Source: an uncultured Christensenella sp.
Lineage (GTDB): Bacteria > Bacillota > Clostridia > Christensenellales > UBA1242
NCBI GenBank assembly: GCA_964434145.1
Contig: CAYSUG010000004.1
Span: 1-59,959 of the forward strand
DNA: 59,959 bases
Direction: 5' to 3'
The notes beneath the pieces were generated by a model. That model had not been told where the DNA came from. It saw nothing but the letters and a program-made list of their open reading frames with translations, and did not search any database. Positions 12,118 through 21,377 of the stretch are shown piece after piece; positions within the stretch are counted from its first letter, which is position 1; each line of letters opens with the position of its first letter. Made by a program: the position numbers and the translations under genes.

Positions 12118-13593
12118 TTATAACAATATGCAGATTACTCCACCCTTACCTTCATTGACTATCCTCTTCATAGTTTTTGTCATCTTCTTCATTGCCTCTT
12201 GAGGTATGGATGACAGCTTGGTGTGCAGTCCTTCATTTACCAAATGATGCAGGCTGGTTCCAAATAATTTGGTATCCCAAATACTAGCTGGATCACTCTC
12301 GAACTGTCCTAACATATTTTTCACCAATTCTTCTGACTGTTGCTCTGTACCTACCAACGAATTAACCTCTGTATCCAGATCTATCTGCATAATGTGCAGA
12401 CTAGGTGCACTGGCACGTAATTTTACGCCATATTTGCCACCTTGCTTTATTATCTGTGGTGTCTCTAGCGTCATCTCGTCTAGCGTTGGCTGAACCACAC
12501 CATAGCCAGTCTCTCTTACTTGGTCTATAGCTTCCTTGAATTTGTCATACTGCTTCTTGGCTACAGACAGTTGCTTGATATACGACACCAATTGATAATC
12601 ATCCTTGATCTCCATATCGCATTGCTCTGACAGTACTTTGTAGAACAATTCTGGTTTTGGCTTGACAACAATCTCTACCTTACCCTCACCCAAAGAAACA
12701 TCTACGCTATTGACTATTTCTAAATCTTCATTGTCTGCAAATAATGTGATATCTTGCGGAATTTCGCCTATTTTTACAAAATCTGCAGTCTTTTCCTTTA
12801 CCTCATTAACGATTGCTGTAATGATCTGAGAATCAAACGGCAAAGCATTCATCCAGTTAGGCAATTTTACAGCAATCTTCGTTATAGGGAATGCCTTCAA
12901 GACCTCTGCAAATATCCAATTGATATCTTCCTCATTTATAGAACTAATATCCATAGGCATTACACTCGCACCATATTTTTCTTTCAGACTAGACGCCAAT
13001 GTCACAGTCTCTGGGCTGGCTGGATGAGAGGAATTAAGCAAAATAACGAATGGCTTGTTTGTCTGCTGCAATTGAGCTACGACACGCTCTTCTGCATCCA
13101 GATAGTCCTCTCTAGGAATACCCGTAATACTGCCGTCGGTTGTCACCATTATACCAATAGTAGAGTGCTGGGTAATAACCTTGTCAGTGCCTATCTCTGC
13201 TGCTTTTTCAAACGGCATTGGCTCTTCTGACCAAGGAGTATTCACCATTCTAGGCTTGTCATTTTCAACGTGTCCAATAGCACCCTTGACCATATATCCT
13301 ACGCAGTCTATCATACGCACATTGAATGTGATATTGCCATCCAATGTGACTGAGACTGCCTCATTAGGTAAGAATTTGGGCTGAGTAGTCATAATAGTCT
13401 TGCCGTCACCAGATACAGGCATCTCATCTATAGTCCTTTCTAATTCATAGCCGTCGGCAATATTAGGCAACACCAATGTGTTCAAAAACTTAGTGATAAA
13501 GGTGCTTTTGCCAGTTCTGACAGGTCCTACCACCCCCAAATATATGTCGCCCTTGGTCCTCAAGGCTATATCTTGATATACATCATAGTCCAT
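12118..13593 (-). CDS. spoIVA: stage IV sporulation protein A (spore coat morphogenetic ATPase)
   Basis: 491 aa. The N-terminus MDYDVYQDIALRTKGDIYLGVVGPVRTGKSTFI (Walker A) and the overall length are typical of SpoIVA. Confidence 0.95.
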   Translation of the reverse strand: MDYDVYQDIALRTKGDIYLGVVGPVRTGKSTFITKFLNTLVLPNIADGYELERTIDEMPVSGDGKTIMTTQPKFLPNEAVSVTLDGNITFNVRMIDCVGYMVKGAIGHVENDKPRMVNTPWSEEPMPFEKAAEIGTDKVITQHSTIGIMVTTDGSITGIPREDYLDAEERVVAQLQQTNKPFVILLNSSHPASPETVTLASSLKEKYGASVMPMDISSINEEDINWIFAEVLKAFPITKIAVKLPNWMNALPFDSQIITAIVNEVKEKTADFVKIGEIPQDITLFADNEDLEIVNSVDVSLGEGKVEIVVKPKPELFYKVLSEQCDMEIKDDYQLVSYIKQLSVAKKQYDKFKEAIDQVRETGYGVVQPTLDEMTLETPQIIKQGGKYGVKLRASAPSLHIMQIDLDTEVNSLVGTEQQSEELVKNMLGQFESDPASIWDTKLFGTSLHHLVNEGLHTKLSSIPQEAMKKMTKTMKRIVNEGKGGVICILL

Positions 13594-13745
13594 TATATCT
13601 TTCTCCTTATCAAACTTTTAAAACTTAGCGTTTACACTATTACTATTCGCATACATTCCCTTTTATGCTATTAGCAAAAATATTCTTGCTATAATCGACA
13701 AAAAAATAGCTACTAATGTATATAACACAGTAACTATCTATATGA

Positions 13746-14969
13746 CTAATCTAATTTCTTTCTAAATATATCTCCAGCACGCAGCCCTGACAGATCTCCT
13801 ACATACAGTCTCAATCTCTGCTGCACCCTAAGAGCGTCTTCTACCTCTACACCAGTCTCGTCCAGCATCTGCGACACCACAATGACTTTATTAAAATTAT
13901 CACTTGGAGACAATATCTCCAGCGTATCTCCTATCTTAAATCTATTACGCTGCTCTATCTCTACCCATTCGTCGTCTTGGTCGGATGTAACAATTGCCAT
14001 GAACTCATGTGTCTGAATAGGCATAGACGTTTCTAAAAACTCCTTGTCCTTCTCGTGAAAATAAAATCCTGTAGAGAATCTCCTGTGACTAGTCTTCTCA
14101 CACTCTTCATATAGATACTCTGGACAAATAAAGTTATCTGGAGCAATAGAATACATATCTATGGCACGCCTATATGCATTTACAACCGTAGCTACATAAT
14201 ATGGACTTTTCATTCTGCCCTCTATCTTGAAGCTAGTTATCCCCGCATCGACCAGCTCCTTGATATGCCTAATCAGGCACATATCCTTGCTATTAAGGAT
14301 ATATGTTCCACGCTCGTCCTCTTGGATCTCATACTCATTACCACCTACTCTAGATTTCTCTCTAATAGTATACTCAAACCTACAAGCCTGCACACACGCA
14401 CCCCTATTGGAGTCTCTACCACATAGATAATTGGATAGCAAGCATCTGCCAGAATAGGATATACACATAGCACCATGAACAAAGCATTCTATCTCTATAT
14501 CTCTAGGAATATACTCTCTGATCTCTTTAATCTCTTCTATAGACAGCTCCCTTGCCAAGACAAGCCTCTTAGCACCCATTTTGACATATTCCATTGCAGA
14601 GTATTTATTAGTTATATTGCTCTGAGTTGATACATGGATATCTAGTCCTGGCGCGTACTCTCTGACATACGCCATTATGCCAAAATCACTGACAATTACC
14701 GCATCTACAGATATTTCTTGCAAGAATTCTAAATATTCCTTTAAGCCTGCAAAATCTGCATTGTGTGCCAGAATATTGACAGTAATATAGCACTTTTTGC
14801 CCAACGAATGAGCAAAGGCAACCGCCTCTCTTAGCTCTTCGTTAGTGAAATTGCCACTCATTGCACGCATTCCAAATTGGCGACCTGCAAAATAGCAAGC
14901 ATCTGCTCCGTAATATAGTGCTGTCTTCAATTTCTCCATATTGCCCGCTGGGGCAAGCAACTCTATCAT
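13746..14969 (-). CDS. peptidase U32 family protein (YrrN/YrrO / TrhP-like, tRNA ho5U-associated family)
   Basis: 407 aa. MIELLAPAGNMEKLKTALYYGADACYF is the typical U32 N-terminus. The start overlaps the upstream methyltransferase stop as ATGA. Confidence 0.9.
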   Translation of the reverse strand: MIELLAPAGNMEKLKTALYYGADACYFAGRQFGMRAMSGNFTNEELREAVAFAHSLGKKCYITVNILAHNADFAGLKEYLEFLQEISVDAVIVSDFGIMAYVREYAPGLDIHVSTQSNITNKYSAMEYVKMGAKRLVLARELSIEEIKEIREYIPRDIEIECFVHGAMCISYSGRCLLSNYLCGRDSNRGACVQACRFEYTIREKSRVGGNEYEIQEDERGTYILNSKDMCLIRHIKELVDAGITSFKIEGRMKSPYYVATVVNAYRRAIDMYSIAPDNFICPEYLYEECEKTSHRRFSTGFYFHEKDKEFLETSMPIQTHEFMAIVTSDQDDEWVEIEQRNRFKIGDTLEILSPSDNFNKVIVVSQMLDETGVEVEDALRVQQRLRLYVGDLSGLRAGDIFRKKLD

Positions 14970-15571
14970 TTTAATCCTCCCTTGTAATATGTTATGGCAT
15001 AGCCATCGTCTATATCTAGCTGTATCTCTGACTCAAATGGAGTATGTGATACCTCATTCAGATAATTCTGCAGGCTAGTCACTATAGTCTTGTGCCTATG
15101 CGGATACACCCCACTAGCCACCATGCCAAAGAATCCTACATTGTCTGCAAATATACAAGAGTCATCCGCAAGCATACTTTTGACAATCTGCAGATATCTA
15201 TAATAATAACCTTTGGGCCCATCAATGAACACAAAGTCAAACCTCTCTCCACTATCACGCAATTGCGACAGAATCTCATATGCGTCACCCAGTATACACT
15301 GCACACCACTAATGCCAGCCCGATCTATATTACTAACAGCCTCGTTATATCTAGCCTCATCCTTCTCTATTGTAACGACCTGAGATTCGGCAGCAGCACA
15401 TTTCATCAACATTGCAGAGTAACCTATGGCTGTACCTATCTCTAGTATCCTCTTAGGCCTTCTATCCTTTATCAGCTGATACAGTCGCCTAGCTGTCTCA
15501 TCACGAACAATAGGTACTCTATTATCTCTAGCGTAATCGTGCAATTGCACCAATAAACCCTTCAAATCCAC
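14966..15571 (-). CDS. class I SAM-dependent O-methyltransferase (YrrM/TrmR-like)
   Basis: 201 aa with the SAM motif ILEIGTAIGYSA and the FVFIDGPK motif. It is translationally coupled to the U32 gene, as in the B. subtilis yrrM-yrrN-yrrO locus. Confidence 0.85.
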   Translation of the reverse strand: MDLKGLLVQLHDYARDNRVPIVRDETARRLYQLIKDRRPKRILEIGTAIGYSAMLMKCAAAESQVVTIEKDEARYNEAVSNIDRAGISGVQCILGDAYEILSQLRDSGERFDFVFIDGPKGYYYRYLQIVKSMLADDSCIFADNVGFFGMVASGVYPHRHKTIVTSLQNYLNEVSHTPFESEIQLDIDDGYAITYYKGGLK

Positions 15572-15693
15572 AACTAATTATCATTCCTTCTGATATAATC
15601 ATGGCATATTCTAACACAAAACAAAACAAAAGTACAGACTAAATACAAGAAAAAAAGAATAATTAGCCTAAACTAATTATCCTTATGAGTAGA

Positions 15694-16185
15694 TTAATCA
15701 ATCTTACTATACACTGCCCTATATATCTGCATAACCACATTTGCCTCATCTGTATCTGATGCATTCTGTATTGACATAGTGTCACCCTCTACATCATCAA
15801 CAATCTTACCTATCATTGCCTCATATGGTTCATCCTCTGTCATTAATACTACATACAGATCATTCTGGTAAGGAATGTAAGCTAATATCACAAACTCCCT
15901 ATCCCTTAACTCTAATACAGTTCCAGCCTGCGGCAATATTTTACTATAATCCTCTAATACATTATGAGACAATATCTCTAATACACTCGCTAATTCATGC
16001 TCATCATCAATAAGGGTCAATGTATCTTCGCCATCTTCAAATAATCTCTTGAAAAGACTATAATTAGATGATAATTCATCTCCAACCATCTCTACACAAC
16101 TATAATAAGTAATACCATTATTCTCTATCATATCTACAACTAGATATTTCTTGTCTGCCACATTTAATACAAAATTCTTTTCCAT
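15694..16185 (-). CDS. acidic cytoplasmic protein with two DUF1292-like repeats (paralog of 17194..17682)
   Basis: 163 aa. Both halves fit the DUF1292/YrzB pattern as I remember it: KYLVVD..YY...LIDDEHELASVLEIL, and EFVILAYIPYQNDLYVVLMTEDE...DEANVVMQIY. Confidence 0.6.
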   Translation of the reverse strand: MEKNFVLNVADKKYLVVDMIENNGITYYSCVEMVGDELSSNYSLFKRLFEDGEDTLTLIDDEHELASVLEILSHNVLEDYSKILPQAGTVLELRDREFVILAYIPYQNDLYVVLMTEDEPYEAMIGKIVDDVEGDTMSIQNASDTDEANVVMQIYRAVYSKID

Positions 16186-16207
16186 TTCTTTCTCATCCTT
16201 ATCTTTG

Positions 16208-17095
16208 TTATGGTGTAGACATAGCAGCAGCTTTTGCTCTGCTAAATTCCTTTCCTACCCATTTGGTCAATGCAATTGCACCTACAGCAGCTGCAACTAC
16301 TGGAGCTGCACCTGCAGCAAATGTACCAACAGCCGCCCAAGTAGCAGGATTGGTCACTGCTGCGATAACACCAGCACCTAGTGCCGTGCCTTTGGTTGCA
16401 AGAATTCCTGCACCTGCACCAATAACGCCCAATTTCACTGCATTGTTCTTAATCATTCCGCCTACACTACGAGCAAATATTCCTAGCTTGGTATCAGAAA
16501 AGTTAGGCACCTCTTCTACAGTAAAGCTATTACCTTTGAAATAATCTCTCTGTGCAGCTGTACCTAAGAACGCTCTCTTGATATCATCATTGGCCTCGAC
16601 CTCCGCATCGTTATAGACATTATGTCTAGTACCTCCAGATACAGACTGAGTTGCTGTCATTATGTTGAGTTTGTCTGCACCTGCGTCTGTCACCCTTGCC
16701 ATATCACAATTCTCGAACATGAATTCATGCATTTGTCTAAGTTTGGAATTTGGAGTAATCTCGCCAGCCTTTATCTTCGTAGTATATACCGCACCATTAT
16801 CAGCCACGATCTTTACTTTTACTTTTTTGTTCTTAGCAGTTAATTTCTTTTCATTTAAATAAGCTTGAAACGCATCAAATGACTTATAACTACCATCTGC
16901 CAGGTCTACTGTAGCAGTAACAATGTCCGACTCATTGGAATCAACCCTCAGATTCCTGTCATTACGTGCAATAGTAGTATCAAACTCTACCTTCTGCCTA
17001 CCAGAGCTATCCCTAACAATGTTAATAGCCTTATCTGCCGCAGATCTAACATCCTTATTATTAGTCAACGTTTTATTTTTTTTCGTAATTGCCAT
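16208..17095 (-). CDS. unknown protein with a C-terminal Gly/Ala-zipper membrane segment
   Basis: 295 aa with no signal peptide. The C-terminus GVIGAGAGILATKGTALGAGVIAAVTNPATWAAVGTFAAGAAPVVAAAVGAIALTKW carries repeated GxxxG/A motifs, and the tail is SRAKAAAMSTP. Confidence 0.6.
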   Translation of the reverse strand: MAITKKNKTLTNNKDVRSAADKAINIVRDSSGRQKVEFDTTIARNDRNLRVDSNESDIVTATVDLADGSYKSFDAFQAYLNEKKLTAKNKKVKVKIVADNGAVYTTKIKAGEITPNSKLRQMHEFMFENCDMARVTDAGADKLNIMTATQSVSGGTRHNVYNDAEVEANDDIKRAFLGTAAQRDYFKGNSFTVEEVPNFSDTKLGIFARSVGGMIKNNAVKLGVIGAGAGILATKGTALGAGVIAAVTNPATWAAVGTFAAGAAPVVAAAVGAIALTKWVGKEFSRAKAAAMSTP

Positions 17096-17193
17096 TCTTA
17101 CAATCTCCTATAAAAAATTTCCTTTGTAATTGTACCAGATTTAATAGTAATAGTCAATACTAAAACAGCACAACAAAAAGGAAATTATAATTA

Positions 17194-17682
17194 TTAGCTA
17201 TTCAAATCTGCATATATTCTTAGTGCTAATATACCCTCATCATGAGATGAGACATCTCTCAACTCAATATCTCCAACCACATCTACTGATATTAATCTAC
17301 AAACTTTTACTTCTACAGGCTTGCTAACAGACAACAAAATCATATATGCATTGTTATTATATGCAATGTATTGCATAAGAATAAATTCTTTGTCGCCAAT
17401 TGGCATAACAGTGCCTTCTTCTGGCAAACCTTCAGTTGATTTTTGCATATACATTGCTGCAAAAATACCCATTAGATCTCTACATAATTGTTTATCTTCA
17501 ACTATCTCATAGAATTCTTTGCCACCTTCTACAGTTTGCCTTAGTGCAGCATATTCTCCGACAAAATTATTCGTCTCATCTAGTTTTGCTGCTTGATAAT
17601 ATATATTTCCCTTGTATTTTACTGGTTCGGTAATTAAATACTTATCCCCAGTCACACTAGTAATTATATAACTTTCTGCCAT
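17194..17682 (-). CDS. acidic cytoplasmic protein with two DUF1292-like repeats (paralog of 15694..16185)
   Basis: 162 aa. It shares KYLITE..GNIYYQ and GDKEFILMQYIAYNNNAYMILLS with the paralog. It lies 11 nt downstream of the 506-aa gene. Confidence 0.6.
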   Translation of the reverse strand: MAESYIITSVTGDKYLITEPVKYKGNIYYQAAKLDETNNFVGEYAALRQTVEGGKEFYEIVEDKQLCRDLMGIFAAMYMQKSTEGLPEEGTVMPIGDKEFILMQYIAYNNNAYMILLSVSKPVEVKVCRLISVDVVGDIELRDVSSHDEGILALRIYADLNS

Positions 17683-17693
17683 TTTTCACTCCT

Positions 17694-19214
17694 CTATTCT
17701 CTATCCATATCTGGACCTGAAGATTCAGCTGCCTTTGCAGCCTTTTTTGCTTGATGTATATTATGAATTGTCTTGCCTATCTTATAAATACCATACACAG
17801 CACCTGCCACTGCAATACCCTTGCCAACAAAGTTCATTACATCCGCAGCCTTTTCCAAGAACTCAAAATTAGAAATAATGTTATCAGCTGTCGCATCTGT
17901 CATACCATCCGCACCAGCAGTAAGGTTATCGCCATGTCCGGTTGTTGTCATACCATTATCAGGATTAAAGTTCTTAATACCGCCATACTCTTTCAATCCA
18001 TCACCATATTGTCCCCTAATTCTAGCAGCTTCTGTCTCTGCCAAATCCTGAACTGGATTATCTTTTACCTCTGAAATAAAACTACCATCTGGGCCTTTTA
18101 CACTATTAGCATTGTATACATTAAGCCATTTCGCTCCATATGCTGTAAGGACTGAAGGAACAGCTCTCATAATCATTTTGCCAGCAAGCATTGGGATACC
18201 CACACCGCCAATTAGTCCTGTAGCCAAGGTTACTCCCAATCCTACCGCCAACGGCGCCCATTTTTTGATATTAGCTTTTTGTTTATCAGTCAAGCCAAAT
18301 TTCTTCTTCTCCGCACCTCTAACAGCATTGATTCTTATATACTGCGTTGGGTCATTTGCACTTACAAAGTCTTCCCTATTAGCTTCACCAAGTTGAGTCT
18401 TTCCTTTGAATTCAGAGTGATCACCAGATTGCATATTATCTGCTTGGAACCCAAACCAGCCTCCACCTTTGCTACTATCTTTTATTTCTTTCTCTGATGG
18501 CAACGTTATAGCCGCTTCTTTTGCTAGAGCTTCATTTAACTTTTTTAGACTACCTTTTGAGATTTTCTTTCTAAACAAAGCTTTCTTTAACTTGATTACT
18601 TCGCCGCTACCCAGCTCTATTTCGCCTCTTTTGTTCTGTTTAATTAAATTTTCTATTGCTTTGTCAATATCTTCCCTTGCAAAATATGAACCTTCGTCCA
18701 GCATTCCTGCCGTCTTCTTGCCCTTGTCGTTTTCCTTCTTCTCACCGTAGGCATTTCTAGGATTTTTAACTTCCTTACCATCTTCTGTCTTAACAAAAGC
18801 AACTCTATTCTTGTCCTCTACTATAATCTTTTTATCAATATCACCTAAATAGTTTTTAGTATTTGCTTGATTCTTGTTTTGCTTTGGCTTTTCATTTTCA
18901 TTTTTACTGTTCTCTTTTTTTGTTCTCTCTGCCAGTTCTTTTTTTCTGTCTGGTTTTTCTCTCTTTCTGAATGCCTCTTCCAATCTTGTACGCAAGCCCT
19001 TTCTTTCTCTTTTTACTTCTGGCTTTGCGTTCTCAGCATTATCATTTTGATGTTCAGCACCCCATGCGCTAATAATCTGACTAGCGTGATTACCTGCAAC
19101 TTCACCTATATTAGTTCTATACCAATTAGCCAATTCTGCAGGATCTGCCCCGCCATTCAATTGCGCAATGATAGAATCTTCAAAATCTTGTGTCCATACT
19201 GCCATAAAATCCAC
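17694..19214 (-). CDS. unknown 506-aa protein: K/E-rich N-terminal half, internal Gly-zipper hydrophobic segment, C-terminal amphipathic Gly/Ala helix
   Basis: An uninterrupted ORF with no signal peptide. It contains WAPLAVGLGVTLATGLIGGVGIPMLAGKMIM and FVGKGIAVAGAVYGIYKIG, and the tail is AKKAAKAAESS. Confidence 0.6.
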   Translation of the reverse strand: MDFMAVWTQDFEDSIIAQLNGGADPAELANWYRTNIGEVAGNHASQIISAWGAEHQNDNAENAKPEVKRERKGLRTRLEEAFRKREKPDRKKELAERTKKENSKNENEKPKQNKNQANTKNYLGDIDKKIIVEDKNRVAFVKTEDGKEVKNPRNAYGEKKENDKGKKTAGMLDEGSYFAREDIDKAIENLIKQNKRGEIELGSGEVIKLKKALFRKKISKGSLKKLNEALAKEAAITLPSEKEIKDSSKGGGWFGFQADNMQSGDHSEFKGKTQLGEANREDFVSANDPTQYIRINAVRGAEKKKFGLTDKQKANIKKWAPLAVGLGVTLATGLIGGVGIPMLAGKMIMRAVPSVLTAYGAKWLNVYNANSVKGPDGSFISEVKDNPVQDLAETEAARIRGQYGDGLKEYGGIKNFNPDNGMTTTGHGDNLTAGADGMTDATADNIISNFEFLEKAADVMNFVGKGIAVAGAVYGIYKIGKTIHNIHQAKKAAKAAESSGPDMDRE

Positions 19215-19643
19215 TCCTTAACCTATATAAAACTGATAATAGTTTACCAAATTAAAGCAAAATTACCAAACAATCTACACAAAATATTATTTAAATCGCC
19301 AAAAACACACTTTATTTACAAAAAAGTGTAATAATTTCTATTGATTTTTGGATAAAAATAGTGTAAGATAATATTAGTTTGATTAGATATTGTATGAATT
19401 GATAAAGAGTCATAGGTTAGAGTTCTGATGCAAGGACTCATTGTTATAGTATGATTAATTCATTGATTCGAGGCGGAAAAATATAGCCATTTATTTTTGA
19501 CTTGCTATTATGTGGTCAAAGGTTTGTTTTTGTATGCTATTGTGTTGCAAATAGTTTTTTTGCAATAATTTATGCCGTTTATAGCGGCCATATATCGTTA
19601 TCTAATAAATACATAAAAAATTTAAAGTAAATAAGGAGAAAAA

Positions 19644-21305
19644 ATGAGAAGCAATTCACAATTAAAACTGTCATTCCTTGGCGGTGTCGGTGAAGTAGGA
19701 AAGAACATGATGTGCATGGAGTATGGCGACGATATGATTATCGTAGACTGCGGCGTATCATTTCCTTCTAACAATATGCCAGGAATAGACCTAGTTATAC
19801 CAGATTTTAGCTACGTAATGAAGAATAGACACAAGGTAAGAGCTGTGGTTATTACCCACGGACACGAGGACCATATAGGAGCATTACCATATCTGATGCA
19901 AGAATTATCTTGTCCAGTATATGCCTCTAGACTATCTGCTGCCCTAATAGACAACAAGCTAAGAGAGCATAAGAAAAAGTTCAAGACCACAACTGTGAAG
20001 AACGGCAGCATTATCAAGGCAGGAGTATTTACGATAGAATTCGTAAAAGTAACACATAGTATATCTGGCAGCATGGCTATAGCAGTGACTACCCCTTGTG
20101 GTGTATGGTTTCATACGGGGGATTTCAAAATGGACTTTACTCCTATAGATGGTCAACCTATAGACCTGATAAGATTAGCTGAGATTAGCAAAAAAGGTGT
20201 GCTACTACTAACCGCCGACTCTACTAATGCAGAGAGACCTGGGTTCAGTATGAGTGAGAAAAAAGTAGGAGCAACACTGGACGGATTGTTCGCCCAAAAC
20301 AAGCAAAAAAGAATAATTATAGCCACATTTGCATCCAATGTACACAGAATACAGCAAATACTGGATCTATGCGAAAAATATGGAAGAAAGACAGTATTTA
20401 CTGGCAGAAGTATGCAGAATGTGTGCGAGACTGCTAGCAAGATTGGAGAGTTAAGATACAATCGTGATAACATAACCGATGTAGGATCTCTGAACAAATA
20501 TGACGATGACAAGATATGTATACTTTGCACAGGTAGCCAAGGTGAACCTAATAGTGCATTATCCAGAATGGCAAATGGCGAATTCCCAAAAGTAGAGATA
20601 ACCAACAACGACTATGTTATATTCTCTGCATCCGCTATCCCTGGCAATGAGAAGGAAATAGGCGAAGTTATTAACCTATTATACAAGAAAGGTGCTAGCG
20701 TAATATACGAGTCACTGGCAGAAGTCCACGTATCTGGACACGCATACCAAGAGGAATTGAAGACTATCCAGAGCATAATCAAGCCAAAATTCTTCGTACC
20801 TTGTCATGGCGAATTCAGACACCTAAAGGCTCATGCCAATATCTCTATGGATCTAGGCAAGCCAGAGCGTAATATAGTTATTCCAGATCTGGGCGACAGC
20901 ATCACAATCACACCTAATTCCATCAAGAAGTCTGGCACTGTACCTTCTGGCATCAAGCTAATAGACGGACTGGATATTAGTAGTGCTAATGGCGTGGTCC
21001 AAAGAGACAGAATGCAACTGGCAACCGAGGGACTATGTGTGGTCGTACTTACTATATCTAGCAGAAATTACACCCTAACATCGAAGCCAGATATTGTAAC
21101 AAAGGGATTCATATACGCCAATGATAACGCCAATATCATAGAAGAGGCCAAGGATCTAGTCATCAATACCATAATCAATGCAAACTTCAAACAAAACGAC
21201 TGGAACCTAATCAAGGAGACTATAAGAAAGACACTGGGCAATCTATTCTTCAAGACACTAAAGCGTAGACCTATTATTATCCCAATTATAGTTCCTACTA
21301 TGTAA
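19644..21305 (+). CDS. rnj: ribonuclease J (beta-CASP metallo-beta-lactamase RNase)
   Basis: 553 aa with the HxHxDH motif (ITHGHEDHIGALPY) and beta-CASP motifs. The SD is AAGGAG. Confidence 0.95.
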   Translation: MRSNSQLKLSFLGGVGEVGKNMMCMEYGDDMIIVDCGVSFPSNNMPGIDLVIPDFSYVMKNRHKVRAVVITHGHEDHIGALPYLMQELSCPVYASRLSAALIDNKLREHKKKFKTTTVKNGSIIKAGVFTIEFVKVTHSISGSMAIAVTTPCGVWFHTGDFKMDFTPIDGQPIDLIRLAEISKKGVLLLTADSTNAERPGFSMSEKKVGATLDGLFAQNKQKRIIIATFASNVHRIQQILDLCEKYGRKTVFTGRSMQNVCETASKIGELRYNRDNITDVGSLNKYDDDKICILCTGSQGEPNSALSRMANGEFPKVEITNNDYVIFSASAIPGNEKEIGEVINLLYKKGASVIYESLAEVHVSGHAYQEELKTIQSIIKPKFFVPCHGEFRHLKAHANISMDLGKPERNIVIPDLGDSITITPNSIKKSGTVPSGIKLIDGLDISSANGVVQRDRMQLATEGLCVVVLTISSRNYTLTSKPDIVTKGFIYANDNANIIEEAKDLVINTIINANFKQNDWNLIKETIRKTLGNLFFKTLKRRPIIIPIIVPTM

Positions 21306-21363
21306 AAAAACAGGCAAATTTGAGATTTCTTTCCACAGAAATTTAGAATTTGTCTGTTTTTTT
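21304..21363. terminator. bidirectional terminator between rnj and the convergent surface-protein gene
   Basis: The sequence is A7-ACAGGCAAATT...AATTTGTCTGT-T7. The stem is 11 bp with one G-U pair and a structured loop. Confidence 0.65.
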
Positions 21364-21377
21364 ATTGCAAATAAATG

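Noticed and set aside
13650-13657. CATACATT, which matches the sigma-E type -10 consensus, upstream of spoIVA.
   Set aside because: It is on the plus strand, the wrong orientation for the minus-strand spoIVA gene. I found no convincing sigma-E promoter on the correct strand by eye.
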